Shown piece by piece: positions 1 through 9,150 of a DNA stretch of 64,000 bases (within the stretch, counting starts at the first letter, position 1; the number at the start of each line of letters is the position of its first letter). The stretch comes from Meiothermus sp. (lineage in GTDB: Bacteria > Deinococcota > Deinococci > Deinococcales > Thermaceae). The notes below the pieces were generated by a model. The model was not told where the DNA came from and made no database searches. It saw only the letters and a list, made by a program, of their open reading frames with translations. The translations under genes were made by a program, and so were the position numbers. Where the stretch lies: positions 1 through 64,000 of the forward strand of contig JANRLD010000050.1 in NCBI GenBank assembly GCA_033762915.1, in the 5' to 3' direction.

Positions 1-86
1 TGGCCTTTTCGTGTCTCGGCCAAAGCCACGGCTTCTCGTTTGAACTCGGCGGTGTACACCCTCCGTTTTCCTTTACTGTTGCTCAT
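1..86 (-). CDS. IS3-family transposase OrfA, N-terminus (partial)
   Basis: Manual translation MSNSKGKRRVYTAEFKREAVALAETRKG matches the HTH_Tnp_1 start pattern (RxYTxEFKxEAV); RBS AGGAGG upstream. Confidence 0.85.
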   Translation of the reverse strand, partial: MSNSKGKRRVYTAEFKREAVALAETRKG

Positions 87-141
87 ACTGCCTCCTATTC
101 TGGAGGCTTATCCTCTACTCAACAATTTCGGGGTAATTTCA
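1..141 (-). mobile_element. IS3-family insertion sequence, left end (rest lies outside the window)
   Basis: Minus strand starts TGAAATTACCCCGAAATTGTTGAG (5'-TG end typical of IS3), then AGGAGG and an OrfA-like ORF; lower GC than the flank; the TGA provides the premature stop of the adjacent ATPase gene. Confidence 0.85.
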
Positions 142-2751
142 GTAGAGGGCCTCGAGCAAGGAGAGCCTCGAGACCTCACCGCGCCCGCTTAGCCGTGCCT
201 CGAGCAGCAGGGCCAGTAGCTCCTGGCGCTTGCGCCCGCGCACCGCCTTGGCTTCGCCATTCTGGATGACATGCAGCGGCCCGAGTACCTCAAGGCGAAT
301 GGACTCCGCACCTTTCATCACCGGTGTGCTTGGCCCTGACCCGGTCAGTTCGGGGAAGAGTCGGTGGGCCAGATTGATCCCGTTGCCCAGGCCATTTTGC
401 TCAAACCACCCGAGATAAGTTCGTGCCGACCCCAGGTCACCTAACAGGCGAGCGATTTCCAAACCCAGCTTGTTAAAATCCAGCACATGATGAATTTGGG
501 CGGCGGTGGCTTGGGCTTGTTGCAACAGTGCTAGGGCTTGTTCCGGGCGACCTTGCTGAAGTGCAGCCTTGGCCTTGGCCCAGTCCAGCAGATAGCGCTC
601 GTAGGGGGTGTTGCGTTGTTCGAGCAGCGGTTGCTCTCCCTCGAGCCAATCCAAAGCCTTGGGTAAACTCCCAAAAACCACCTCGACCATCACGGCAGAG
701 GTTGATGCAGCGAACAGCCAGGTGGGGTTGTCGAGGATGCGGGCGGTCTCCACCGCCTTGCGGGCATACTTAAGGGCCAAAAGGCCGCTGTGGGGCGTGT
801 GCCACTCGAGGTACAAGGTGATGAGGTTGTTATACACATCCACGGTGTGGTTGGAGGCACTGGACTGGGCATAAATAGCTTCAGCTTGATGCAGTAGGTC
901 TTCGGCCTCTTGGTAGCGCCCCTGCTCCAGGGTTAGCTCGCCCAATACGCTCAAGCTCTGCGCCAGGCTATGCGGCTGACCTGCCTCGGCCGCCAGCTTG
1001 CGTGACTCTTCCGCGTCGGCGCTGGCTTCGCCAAACCGGCCCATCCACTTTCTCGCTAAGGCTCGGTTGTACAGCGGCACAAACTTGCGTTGGGCCATGT
1101 TGTACTGGGCCATCAAACGGATTACCTGACTAAAGGCTTGCTCTGCCAAAGCATGGGCGTTGCTATCGTTGTAAATCATCCCAAGGGTATTGGTCAATCG
1201 AATACGTTCCCACGGCTCGAGCTCGGGCTGCTGCAAGGCTTGTTGGCAAAGCTGAATGGCCTCTGCAAACTGGGCCAAACGACTCATGGCATTGGCTACT
1301 GCTCCAACCACCCTGGGGTCGGAAGTGTCCTGGGCAAATTGCTCCCGCCACAGCTGAATAGTCTCGGCATTCTCTTGCAAGTAGGCGAGGGTCTCGAGCC
1401 AAGCTACCCGACCTCGCTGGCTCTGCTGTTCCTCAATGGGCAGTCGGGCAAAAACTACCTCAGCTTCTTTACGCCGAAACCCTCGAGCCAGCAGGTTAGA
1501 CAGGGTATAGATCGCTTCGGTATCCTCGGGGTGGTCGCGTAGGTTTCGCTCGAGCAGCCCGATGGCGGTCTCGGTGTGGGTATCGCGGATGGTCTGGGCC
1601 ACCTTGAGGGTGAAGGCTTGCCGCTCGGCTGGATTCACGTACTCGAGCGCCCGCAACAGAAAACGCCCGGCTTGGCTGTCGCTATGGGTGGCCTCGGCGG
1701 CTTGGCGCAACAAGGCAAAGGTTTGTTCTGGTGGCAGGCCGGCGTCTTCTGCATAAGCTGCCGCTTGCACCGCGTCCTCCGCGAACAGATCAAGCGCTCT
1801 GCGCGAAAGGGCTTGGCGCTCCCGTACAGGCAGGGTTTGCAGCGTCACCTCGCGGAACAAGGGATGGGCGAAACTTTCCCCCACCAAAATCCCGCGCCGT
1901 CTCAGTTCCCGCTGTGCTTCTATCGCCTTGTCGTGGCCAATCTGCGCCATTTGCCCGACCAACACAGGACCGACCTCTTTGGGCAGCAGGGCCTTGCTGA
2001 AGAGCACCGGGCCTAAGGCCGGGTCAGTGATCACCTGGCTGAGAATCTGCTCGAGCAGCGCCTCCACCGTCAGGGGCATACTCTGGCCCTGCGGGGCACG
2101 CCAGTTCCAACGCTGACCATCGTTCCACAGATTGCCCATGCGCGAAAGGTGGCGAAGATACTCGAGGGTAAACAGCGGATTGCCCGCCGCTTTGCCAAAA
2201 ATCCACTCTGTCGCCTCGGCCGGCAACTCGGCTCCGGCGTGTCTGTGTAACAAGTCTCGAGAGTCTGTGGGCGAGAGTGGCTCCAAACGAGTAGCCTCGA
2301 TGGGCGCAGGTAGCTCACCTCGGCTCGTCAGCAGAAGCCCTACCCCCTTGCTGCGTCGGGCAATCTCGGCCAGCTTGAGGATAAAGCCAACTTGCTCGGG
2401 CTGGGCTTCGTGTACGTCCTCGAGGTGAACCACTACCGGGGTCAACCGGGCCAGCAACGCCCCCAGCGCCTCGACCTGATTGGCCACGGCCTGGCCGCCC
2501 GCCATTTGCTCGAGAATTCGCTCGGCCCATAGCTCGAGGGTCTTGGGCCTGGGCAGCAGCGCGGGCCAGCGCTCCGGTGGGGTGGTGGCGTGCAGGCTGA
2601 AGTTGAGGCAGGGGGTCTGGCGCAGCAGGGTCTGCGCGGTGTGGGTCTTGCCCACCCCGGCCTCGCCCCAAAGTCCCAGTGCCAACCCAGAACGCTTGAG
2701 GAGTAGACCTTTTAAACGCTTTCCCAAATCTAGATCGAAGGTCGGTTGCAT
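139..2751 (-). pseudogene. STAND-like AAA ATPase-TPR-wHTH regulator, C-terminally truncated by IS3
   Basis: Walker A GEAGVGKT, Walker B VHLEDVH, GNPLF and FAHPLFRE motifs, TPR-like helices; stops at LLEALY where both paralogues continue about 150 aa (LLEALYPG...). Confidence 0.85.
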
Positions 2752-2832
2752 GATTACGCCCACAGTACCCCCTGCGCCTAAAGCGACCTGTTCGACTTTT
2801 CCCACATCGTAGGGTGCTCTGTGCGAACGACT

Positions 2833-5800
2833 TCAGGCCAGAAACGCAGCAGGCTGCTCGGGTAGCCGCTCGCCCACCTCGAGGAAACGCCCCCTCGCCT
2901 TGGCGTACTCCCTGACCAGGGCCTTGGGGTTGCCTTGCAGCGAGCGGCAGAGCAGACGCAGGGCCGCTACGTCGTAGGGGTCGGCTTGCAGCAGTAACTG
3001 GCACAAGGCGCTGGCCTGCTGAGGGTCGGAGGGGAGCAGTGCCTCCGTCGACCGCCGCAGCGAGCCGTACAGCGCCTCGCGGACGCTCTCCTGGCCCTCG
3101 AAGCCTTCGCCGTAGGCCCCGCGCCACAGCCCCGTCTCGCCCCCCCGCAGGAAGGCCTCGGCGTCGCTGTCTACGCCCCCCAGGGCGTAGCCGGAGGGGG
3201 TGGTCTGGATGAAGGACTGCCCGTAGGCGGCGCGGATTTTGAATACCAGCTGCTTGAGCGCGGTCTGGGCCTCGAGTTCGGACTCGCCCGGGTAGAGGGC
3301 CTCGAGCAGGTCGAGCGTGCTGACCTCGGCCCGCCCGCCCATGCGGGCCTCGAGCAGCGTCAGCAAGAGTTCCTTGCGCTTCTGCCCGCGCACGGCCTCG
3401 CGGCCTCCCCGGGCGCTCACCTGCATGGGGCCGAGCACCTCGAGCCGTACCTCGGCCCCCACGCCGGTTGGGCTGTTCCCCTGCTGTGCCAGCGCGGGGA
3501 AGTGGCGCAGTGCCAGCGCGGCCCCGGCCTTGAGGCCCCGCGCCTCGAACCACTCCAGCCGGCGCCGGGCCGAAGCCGCGTCGCCGCTGAGGCGATCCAG
3601 CTCGAGGCCCAGCTTCTGGGCATTGAGCCGGTCGGGGACGGACTCGGCTAGCTCGAGGGCTTCCCCGAAGGCTGCTCTGGCTTCCTCGGCCCGGCCCAGC
3701 GCCTCGAGGGCCAGCGCCTCGACCTGCCGGGCACGCCAGCGGTAGCCCACCGGGTCGCCCAGGCCGGACGCCCGCTGGCGCATCTCGGCCACGGTGTCCA
3801 GGGCCTGTCGCGGCGCGGCGTTGCGGGCCTGGGCCAGGGCGTAGTCGTAGAGCAGCTCGTGGATCAGCCGCTCGTTGCCCAGCTCGCGGGCGGCGGTTAG
3901 GGCGCGGGCGGCGTACTTCATCTGCAGCAGCGCCGCCAGCGGGGTCTGGGCCAGGCCATGAATATAGCTGGCCTGGGAGAGGGTGTTGGCGTAGAAGGGC
4001 GAGGCCGGATAGAGCTGCAAAATCCCCAGGGCCTCCTCGACCTTGGCCTCGGCCTCGGCCTGGAGACCCAGTTCGGCCTCGAGTTCGGCCATCAGGGCCA
4101 GGCTGTTGGCATAGGGGCGGATGTCGCCCATTTCGCGCCGGATTTCCAGGCTTTCGCCCAGGGCCTGCTGTGCCTGGGGGTACTCCAGCAGGGCTTTGTG
4201 GGCGATGCTGAGGTTGTGCAGCATGGCTCCCAGCTTGTGCCGGTCGCCGCCCGCGCGCAGCCCCGCGATCACCGCCCGGAGGCCCTCCACCACGCTGGTG
4301 TACTCGCCTCGGTCGAGCTGGCTCATGGCCCGGATGCCCACGAAGTTCAGCCGGCTCTGGGGCGAAAGCGGCAGGGACATGGCCTGGGTCAACAGCGCCT
4401 CGAACCCCGGCAGCCTGCCGGTTGCAAGGTGGGCCAGAGCGGCGGCGTACAGCAGGTCGGGGTCGGCGCTGCCATGAAGCCGGGGGTGGGCCTGCCATAG
4501 CTCCACCACTTTGGCGTGCTGGCCGGCGAGCTGGTAGGCCCGCAGCCGCAGCACCTCCGGGCTGAGGTCGGTGGGGTGCTGACGCAGGTGGCGCTCGAGG
4601 CCTTCCAGATCCCCGCTGCGGGCCAGTAGCAGGCCCACCAGCTCCACCGCCTGCTGGGCGGTCTCCGGCTGACCTAGGGCCAGTTGGCCCATCTCGAGCG
4701 CCTTGTCCAGGCTGTGGCCCTGCAAGAGCTGGGCCGCCTCGAGGGCCAGCCGCCCTTGCGCTGTGCCCTCGGCCTGTCCGGCGGCCCTGGCCAGCAGCAG
4801 TCCCCGCTGGCGGGGCTGGGCGGCGGACTGCGCCGCCTTGGCGAGCAACTCCAGGGCCCGGGCGGGCAAAAGCTGGGCCTCGTCGAGGAACAGCACGGCC
4901 TGCTGGGGGGCGTCGGCCTCGAGGTGCGCGATCGCCCGCCGTGCGAGCTCGGCCTGGCGCGCGGGCGGGACGGCCCGCAAAGCCACCTCGCCCAGCAGGG
5001 GATGGGAGAAGGCCCCGCCGCGCAGCACCCCGGCGTTCTCGAGGATCCCCTCGGCCTGCTCGAGCTGGCCTTCAGACACCTCTGCCACGGCCCGCCACAG
5101 CGCCCGGTCTGCCCCGGAGCCCAGCCTGCCCAGCATTGCTGCGGCCTCGAGCGCGGCCTGGGCGGCGGGCTCGCTCGCGGCACCCAGCAGCTGGCGCTCG
5201 AGCAGGGCCTCGACGCTTAGGGGCAGCAGCCCCTCCGGTGGGCTGCGCCAGTGCCAGCGTTGGCCGTCGTTCCAGGTGAAGCCCTGGCGAGCCAAATAGC
5301 GCAGGTACTCGAGGCTGAACATGGGATTGCCCTGGGTCTTGCCGAAGATCCAGCGGGCCGCCTCGGCGGGCAGGGCCGCCCCCATCTCGCCCTCGAGCAG
5401 GGCCCCGGTCTGCTCCGAGTCCAGCGGCTCCAGCCGGTAGGGCTCGAACACCTCGGGCGGGGGCGTCCGGCTGCTGGCGATCATTCCCACGCCCTTGGAG
5501 CGCTTGAGCAGTGCGGCCAAGCCGACGATCCACTCGAGCTGGGTCGGGTCGGCCTCGTGGATGTCCTCCAAGTGCAACACCACCGGGGCCATCTGGTTGA
5601 GCAGGGCCGCCACAGCCTGCTGGAGCAGGGCGGGCTCGAGGGCCTGTCCCTGGCGGACCTTGCTCAAGGCCCCCTCGGCCCACGGCGGCAATCCTCTGGC
5701 CGCCGGCAGGGCGGCCGCCAGGCGCTGCGGCCCGGTGGTGGCGTGGAAACTGAAACTCTGCACGCCCAGGCTGTTCAGCAGCGCCGACACGGTGTGGGTT

Positions 5801-5928
5801 TTGCCCACCCCGGCCTCGCCCCAGACCCCCAGAAGCACGCTCGAGCGCCTCAGCGGCAGCCCCTTGAGCCGCGCCTCCAGCTCTGCCGTGGGCCGCCCCA
5901 CCGACCTGACCGAACCCGAACCGACCAC
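2833..5928 (-). CDS. STAND-like AAA ATPase-TPR-wHTH/BTAD transcriptional regulator
   Basis: GEAGVGKT, LHLEDIH, GNPMF, FSHPLL; C-terminal RLEVLGPMQ...KRKELLLTLLE...ALKQLVFKIR...SDAEAFL...LWRGAY resembles SARP-type wHTH+BTAD. Confidence 0.85.
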   Translation of the reverse strand: MVGSGSVRSVGRPTAELEARLKGLPLRRSSVLLGVWGEAGVGKTHTVSALLNSLGVQSFSFHATTGPQRLAAALPAARGLPPWAEGALSKVRQGQALEPALLQQAVAALLNQMAPVVLHLEDIHEADPTQLEWIVGLAALLKRSKGVGMIASSRTPPPEVFEPYRLEPLDSEQTGALLEGEMGAALPAEAARWIFGKTQGNPMFSLEYLRYLARQGFTWNDGQRWHWRSPPEGLLPLSVEALLERQLLGAASEPAAQAALEAAAMLGRLGSGADRALWRAVAEVSEGQLEQAEGILENAGVLRGGAFSHPLLGEVALRAVPPARQAELARRAIAHLEADAPQQAVLFLDEAQLLPARALELLAKAAQSAAQPRQRGLLLARAAGQAEGTAQGRLALEAAQLLQGHSLDKALEMGQLALGQPETAQQAVELVGLLLARSGDLEGLERHLRQHPTDLSPEVLRLRAYQLAGQHAKVVELWQAHPRLHGSADPDLLYAAALAHLATGRLPGFEALLTQAMSLPLSPQSRLNFVGIRAMSQLDRGEYTSVVEGLRAVIAGLRAGGDRHKLGAMLHNLSIAHKALLEYPQAQQALGESLEIRREMGDIRPYANSLALMAELEAELGLQAEAEAKVEEALGILQLYPASPFYANTLSQASYIHGLAQTPLAALLQMKYAARALTAARELGNERLIHELLYDYALAQARNAAPRQALDTVAEMRQRASGLGDPVGYRWRARQVEALALEALGRAEEARAAFGEALELAESVPDRLNAQKLGLELDRLSGDAASARRRLEWFEARGLKAGAALALRHFPALAQQGNSPTGVGAEVRLEVLGPMQVSARGGREAVRGQKRKELLLTLLEARMGGRAEVSTLDLLEALYPGESELEAQTALKQLVFKIRAAYGQSFIQTTPSGYALGGVDSDAEAFLRGGETGLWRGAYGEGFEGQESVREALYGSLRRSTEALLPSDPQQASALCQLLLQADPYDVAALRLLCRSLQGNPKALVREYAKARGRFLEVGERLPEQPAAFLA

Positions 5929-6091
5929 GCCACCCCCCTGTCGTGCTCCCCGAAGTCAACCCGTGCGCCGCGCCCCGGCCCCGACGGGCGACCCACCCCA
6001 GCCACTTGGCCGATGCCACAAACTCTACCCCAGATGCACACCGCCCTCATCGGCGGAAACCCCGCCCGACCCCAGCAGCCTAGGTGCCCCC

Positions 6092-6110
6092 GCGTTATGT
6101 GGGCGTTATA
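6092..6110 (-). promoter_or_regulatory. Heptamer direct repeat TATAACGC-N4-ATAACGC upstream of ATPase regulator pair
   Basis: GCGTTAT at 6092-6098 and 6103-6109; same motif and spacing found upstream of the paralogue at 32272. Confidence 0.65.
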
Positions 6111-6274
6111 CGGGCAGGGAGGAAGGCCCTCGAGGCCAAGAGCCCCCACCGTGGTGACCTTAAGGCGCTCATCAAAGACCCCGGCGGTGTCACCCGCTGA
6201 CGGGGTGGGGACGGACTTTAGCCCCCGCAGCGGCGAGCAACGAGAGCGGCCTTGCCGGGCTATGAGAACCCGCC

Positions 6275-6682
6275 CTAAGGCTCGAGCCCTCCCAGTTCAA
6301 GCGGTTCCACGCAGTCCGGGTGCAGCGCGACCTGCTCGAGCCGCCAGCCCTGCCCCGGCTGCGCCGCCCGCACCCCCAGCCCCACCAGCCCCACCTTCAG
6401 CAGGCTCTCGAAGCGGTCGGCCTGAAGCCCAAAGAGGGGAGAGTCCATGAAGGGCTCGTACTCCGCCCGCAGGCGCCAGCGGCCGGCCTCGGGGCAGGGC
6501 TCGAAGACCGCCTCGCAGAGGCTTCGGCGCAGCCGCCCGTTGCGGCCCCAGTAGGCGTGCGGAAGCCCCAAGGTCTCCTCGGCCCTGGCCGGGGTTAGCC
6601 GGGCCTGCTCGGCCTGCTGCCCGAGGGCGTGGGCGATAGACGGGGTCTGAACCACCTTCGCACAAGCCTCTTCCATTTCCAT
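6275..6682 (-). CDS. Hypothetical protein
   Basis: ATG preceded by GGGAG; protein-like composition (MEMEEACAKVVQ...); no recognisable motif. Confidence 0.5.
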   Translation of the reverse strand: MEMEEACAKVVQTPSIAHALGQQAEQARLTPARAEETLGLPHAYWGRNGRLRRSLCEAVFEPCPEAGRWRLRAEYEPFMDSPLFGLQADRFESLLKVGLVGLGVRAAQPGQGWRLEQVALHPDCVEPLELGGLEP

Positions 6683-6849
6683 ACCACGCTCCCTGCCGCC
6701 CCGGCGGGCCTGCGGTCGGGGCGGTCTGCCCCGAGAATGCACCCCCAGCATGAAGGCCAGCTTCGGCCCAGATGATAGGCCCGGCGACCAGCACCGCCCC
6801 GGCACCGTCTGCTGCCCGCCGCACGGCCTGGGATTGGTCTTTTGGGCAC

Positions 6850-7515
6850 TTAAAGGAGCCGTGTGACGTGGGCCTCGAGGGCCTCAACGGCCTGCTTGAC
6901 GCGCCACTGGGCCTTGTCGCGGACCCCAGCGACGTTGGACACCGAGCGCAGCTCCGCGCCCTTAAGTCCCAGCCAGAGGCAGGTCTGGGCGAAGGCTGCG
7001 CCCTCCATATTCTCCAGGGCGGCCTCCCAGCGCCGCGAGAGCTGCCTGGCCTCGCTGGGGTTGGACGAGACCAGGTCGGCGGTCAGGAAGGTTTGGGCGC
7101 TCAGGCCCAGGGTCTTTTTCAGCTCGGCGGTGAGGGCCTTGTCCAGCGGGAAGCGGTTGTGGAATTGCCTTGGAGGTTCGCCCACGGTCAGGGTGGGGAA
7201 GCCCATCCCCTTCATCCCGCCGTCCTTAACGCCCAAGTCGGCCTGCACCTCGCGCTCGGCCAGGGCGCAGTCGCCGATCTCGAGGCCAGACTCGGCGTAG
7301 GCCCCGGCGATGCCGAACAGCAAGACCCGCTCGAGCCGGTGCCTTTGTGCGTAGGCAGCCAGGGTGGCGGCGGTGTTGACCTTGCCGATACCGCACTCGA
7401 GCCAGACCCAGCCCTGGCCCCTCAGGCCCGCTCGCCCCTGCCAGGTGAATTTCCGGCCCTGCAGGAAGGAGGCCTCGAAGGGGGTGGGGCTCAGCAGCAG
7501 AAGGTTTGTCGGCAT
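6850..7515 (-). CDS. mqnB: Futalosine hydrolase (PNP/MTA-nucleosidase fold)
   Basis: CGIGKVNTA, LFGIAGAY, ENMEGAAFAQ, LRSVSNVAGVRD motifs. Confidence 0.85.
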   Translation of the reverse strand: MPTNLLLLSPTPFEASFLQGRKFTWQGRAGLRGQGWVWLECGIGKVNTAATLAAYAQRHRLERVLLFGIAGAYAESGLEIGDCALAEREVQADLGVKDGGMKGMGFPTLTVGEPPRQFHNRFPLDKALTAELKKTLGLSAQTFLTADLVSSNPSEARQLSRRWEAALENMEGAAFAQTCLWLGLKGAELRSVSNVAGVRDKAQWRVKQAVEALEAHVTRLL

Positions 7516-7611
7516 GATCTACCTCGTCGGCCCACAGAATACCCCGAAGCCGGTTTCACCCGCGCCCGAACCCCGGCTTCCGCCGTCCCAGCGGGGGGTT
7601 GGTGCATAGGC

Positions 7612-7640
7612 TTGACGCATAGCGTATAGGGTGATATCCT
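7612..7640 (+). promoter_or_regulatory. Sigma70-type promoter overlapped by a palindrome
   Basis: TTGACG-N17-TATCCT with TGn extension; palindrome ACGCATAGCGT at 7615-7625. Confidence 0.5.
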
Positions 7641-7883
7641 AAATTTATCAGCCCAAGAAAAGGGCTTTTTTTGTACTCAGTTTTTCTATAAATAGCGTAA
7701 TTTTGTAACAAATTTTGTTTTAGAACATATCACCAAACCAACCCAGCTTAATACTCAGCTCTTAACGCTATGCGTGTTCGTCAATTGATGTAAATTCGTC
7801 GAACTCTATAGGCGGGCAGGCGGCAGAACCGCTTTGCGTCCTCGGGGCAGGGTATGTAAAATACAAAATGGGGAATAAAGAAT

Positions 7884-8474
7884 ATGTTGATGACGAAAAA
7901 TCACACCCCTCGAGTCCTGACCTACCCCTTTGACCTGACCGAAGGCCTGCGCGAGGCGGCGGGCGAGATCTGCGGTTGGATTCCCGACCTGGCCCACGTG
8001 GACGTGAGCCGCATCCAGTTCAGCCTCTTCTACACCCGCAGCGCCAAGCAGACCCTGACCTACGCCCGCTGCTACCCCCTGAGCCGCCAGCCCAAGCAGG
8101 TCGGGCGCCACTGGTACAGCCTCGAGCCGGTCTATACTCCCGAGCGGCGCAAGGCCCGCTACATTCTGGCCTTCGCCTGGAAGAGGTTCTGGGAGCAGAC
8201 CCCTAAGAAGCGCCTCGAGACCCTGATCCACGAGATGTACCACATCTCGCCTCGTTTCAACGGCGAGTTCCGCGACTTCGAGGCGGGCGGCCCCCACGGC
8301 CACGGCCTCAAGTGGTTCGATGCCCAAGTCAGAGAACTGCTGATCCAAGTTCCTGAGGGCATCGAGAACGACTTCCCGGCCCTCTCCATCTCGGTACGCA
8401 GCGGCCTGCGGGTCACTGGGCGGAAGTTGGAAATTCCTGAGTGGGTGCGGCTCGACGAGAGCCAGTCGGCGTGA
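7884..8474 (+). CDS. Putative zinc metallopeptidase (phage-metallopeptidase-like)
   Basis: ETLIHEMYHI (HExxH) followed by a downstream His (GPHGH). Confidence 0.7.
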   Translation: MLMTKNHTPRVLTYPFDLTEGLREAAGEICGWIPDLAHVDVSRIQFSLFYTRSAKQTLTYARCYPLSRQPKQVGRHWYSLEPVYTPERRKARYILAFAWKRFWEQTPKKRLETLIHEMYHISPRFNGEFRDFEAGGPHGHGLKWFDAQVRELLIQVPEGIENDFPALSISVRSGLRVTGRKLEIPEWVRLDESQSA

Positions 8475-8890
8475 GCCGACGCCGCGCCTTCTGCTACGTC
8501 ACCCGACCGGGGCCGCAGGGCCTCGAGCTGTTGGTATTCCGGCAGGACGACCCGGCAGCGGGAGTTCAGACGCCCGGAGGCACCATTGAGGACGGCGAAG
8601 GGGTGCTCGAGGGGGCCGTGCGCGAGGCGGCGGAAGAGTCGGGCTTGCAGGAGTTTGGGACGCCGCGCCAGATCGGCTTCCATCGCTTCGACCACCTCGA
8701 GGGAAGTGTGGACGGTTTCCACGTCCACCTGCCTTTTTGGGGCGAAGCTCCCGAGGTGTGGACGCATACGGTGAGCGCGGGGGCCGACGACGCTGGGATG
8801 CAGTTTCACTGCTTCTGGCTGGGGCTGCTCGAGGCCAGGGCCCAGGTTTGGCCGCACATGGAGCTGAGCCTGGCGGAACTTGAGCCGTGA
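8471..8890 (+). CDS. NUDIX hydrolase
   Basis: Nudix box GGTIEDGEGVLEGAVREAAEESGL; GTGA overlap with the upstream stop. Confidence 0.9.
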   Translation: MSRRRAFCYVTRPGPQGLELLVFRQDDPAAGVQTPGGTIEDGEGVLEGAVREAAEESGLQEFGTPRQIGFHRFDHLEGSVDGFHVHLPFWGEAPEVWTHTVSAGADDAGMQFHCFWLGLLEARAQVWPHMELSLAELEP

Positions 8891-9150
8891 CGCCGTAAAC
8901 AGGCGTGACTTAATCCTGTTATTGTGCAGCCGTCCTCTTGGAGGATTAAGCCCGCGCTCAGGCCCGTCCCGGAATGTCAGGGCAGCGCCGTGAGCGTAAA
9001 AAACTGTCGCTGTCGGGCCGGCGTTACCCGGTACCTCGCGGGCCTGCGGCGTGGCGCTTCAGCCATGAATGCACAGCCCACCATCAGCAACTGCGGGCAA
9101 CTTTGTGTTAGATTGGCCTACCTGCGTTTTTGAGATTGGATGGGTCAGCT

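Noticed and set aside
2315..4498. 727-aa ORF, and similar long ORFs at 22856-25348, 37303-39459 and 51246-53240
   Set aside because: Alternate-frame or antisense shadows of real genes in GC-rich DNA, with no recognisable motifs
2833..5928. Avs-type anti-phage STAND defence system
   Set aside because: No nuclease, TIR, SIR2 or protease effector; the extra domain looks like a DNA-binding wHTH/BTAD, and no defence genes are adjacent
7612..7644. Possible dif (Xer) site or replication origin
   Set aside because: The arm-like sequences do not give the 11-6-11 geometry, and no DnaA-box cluster is visible
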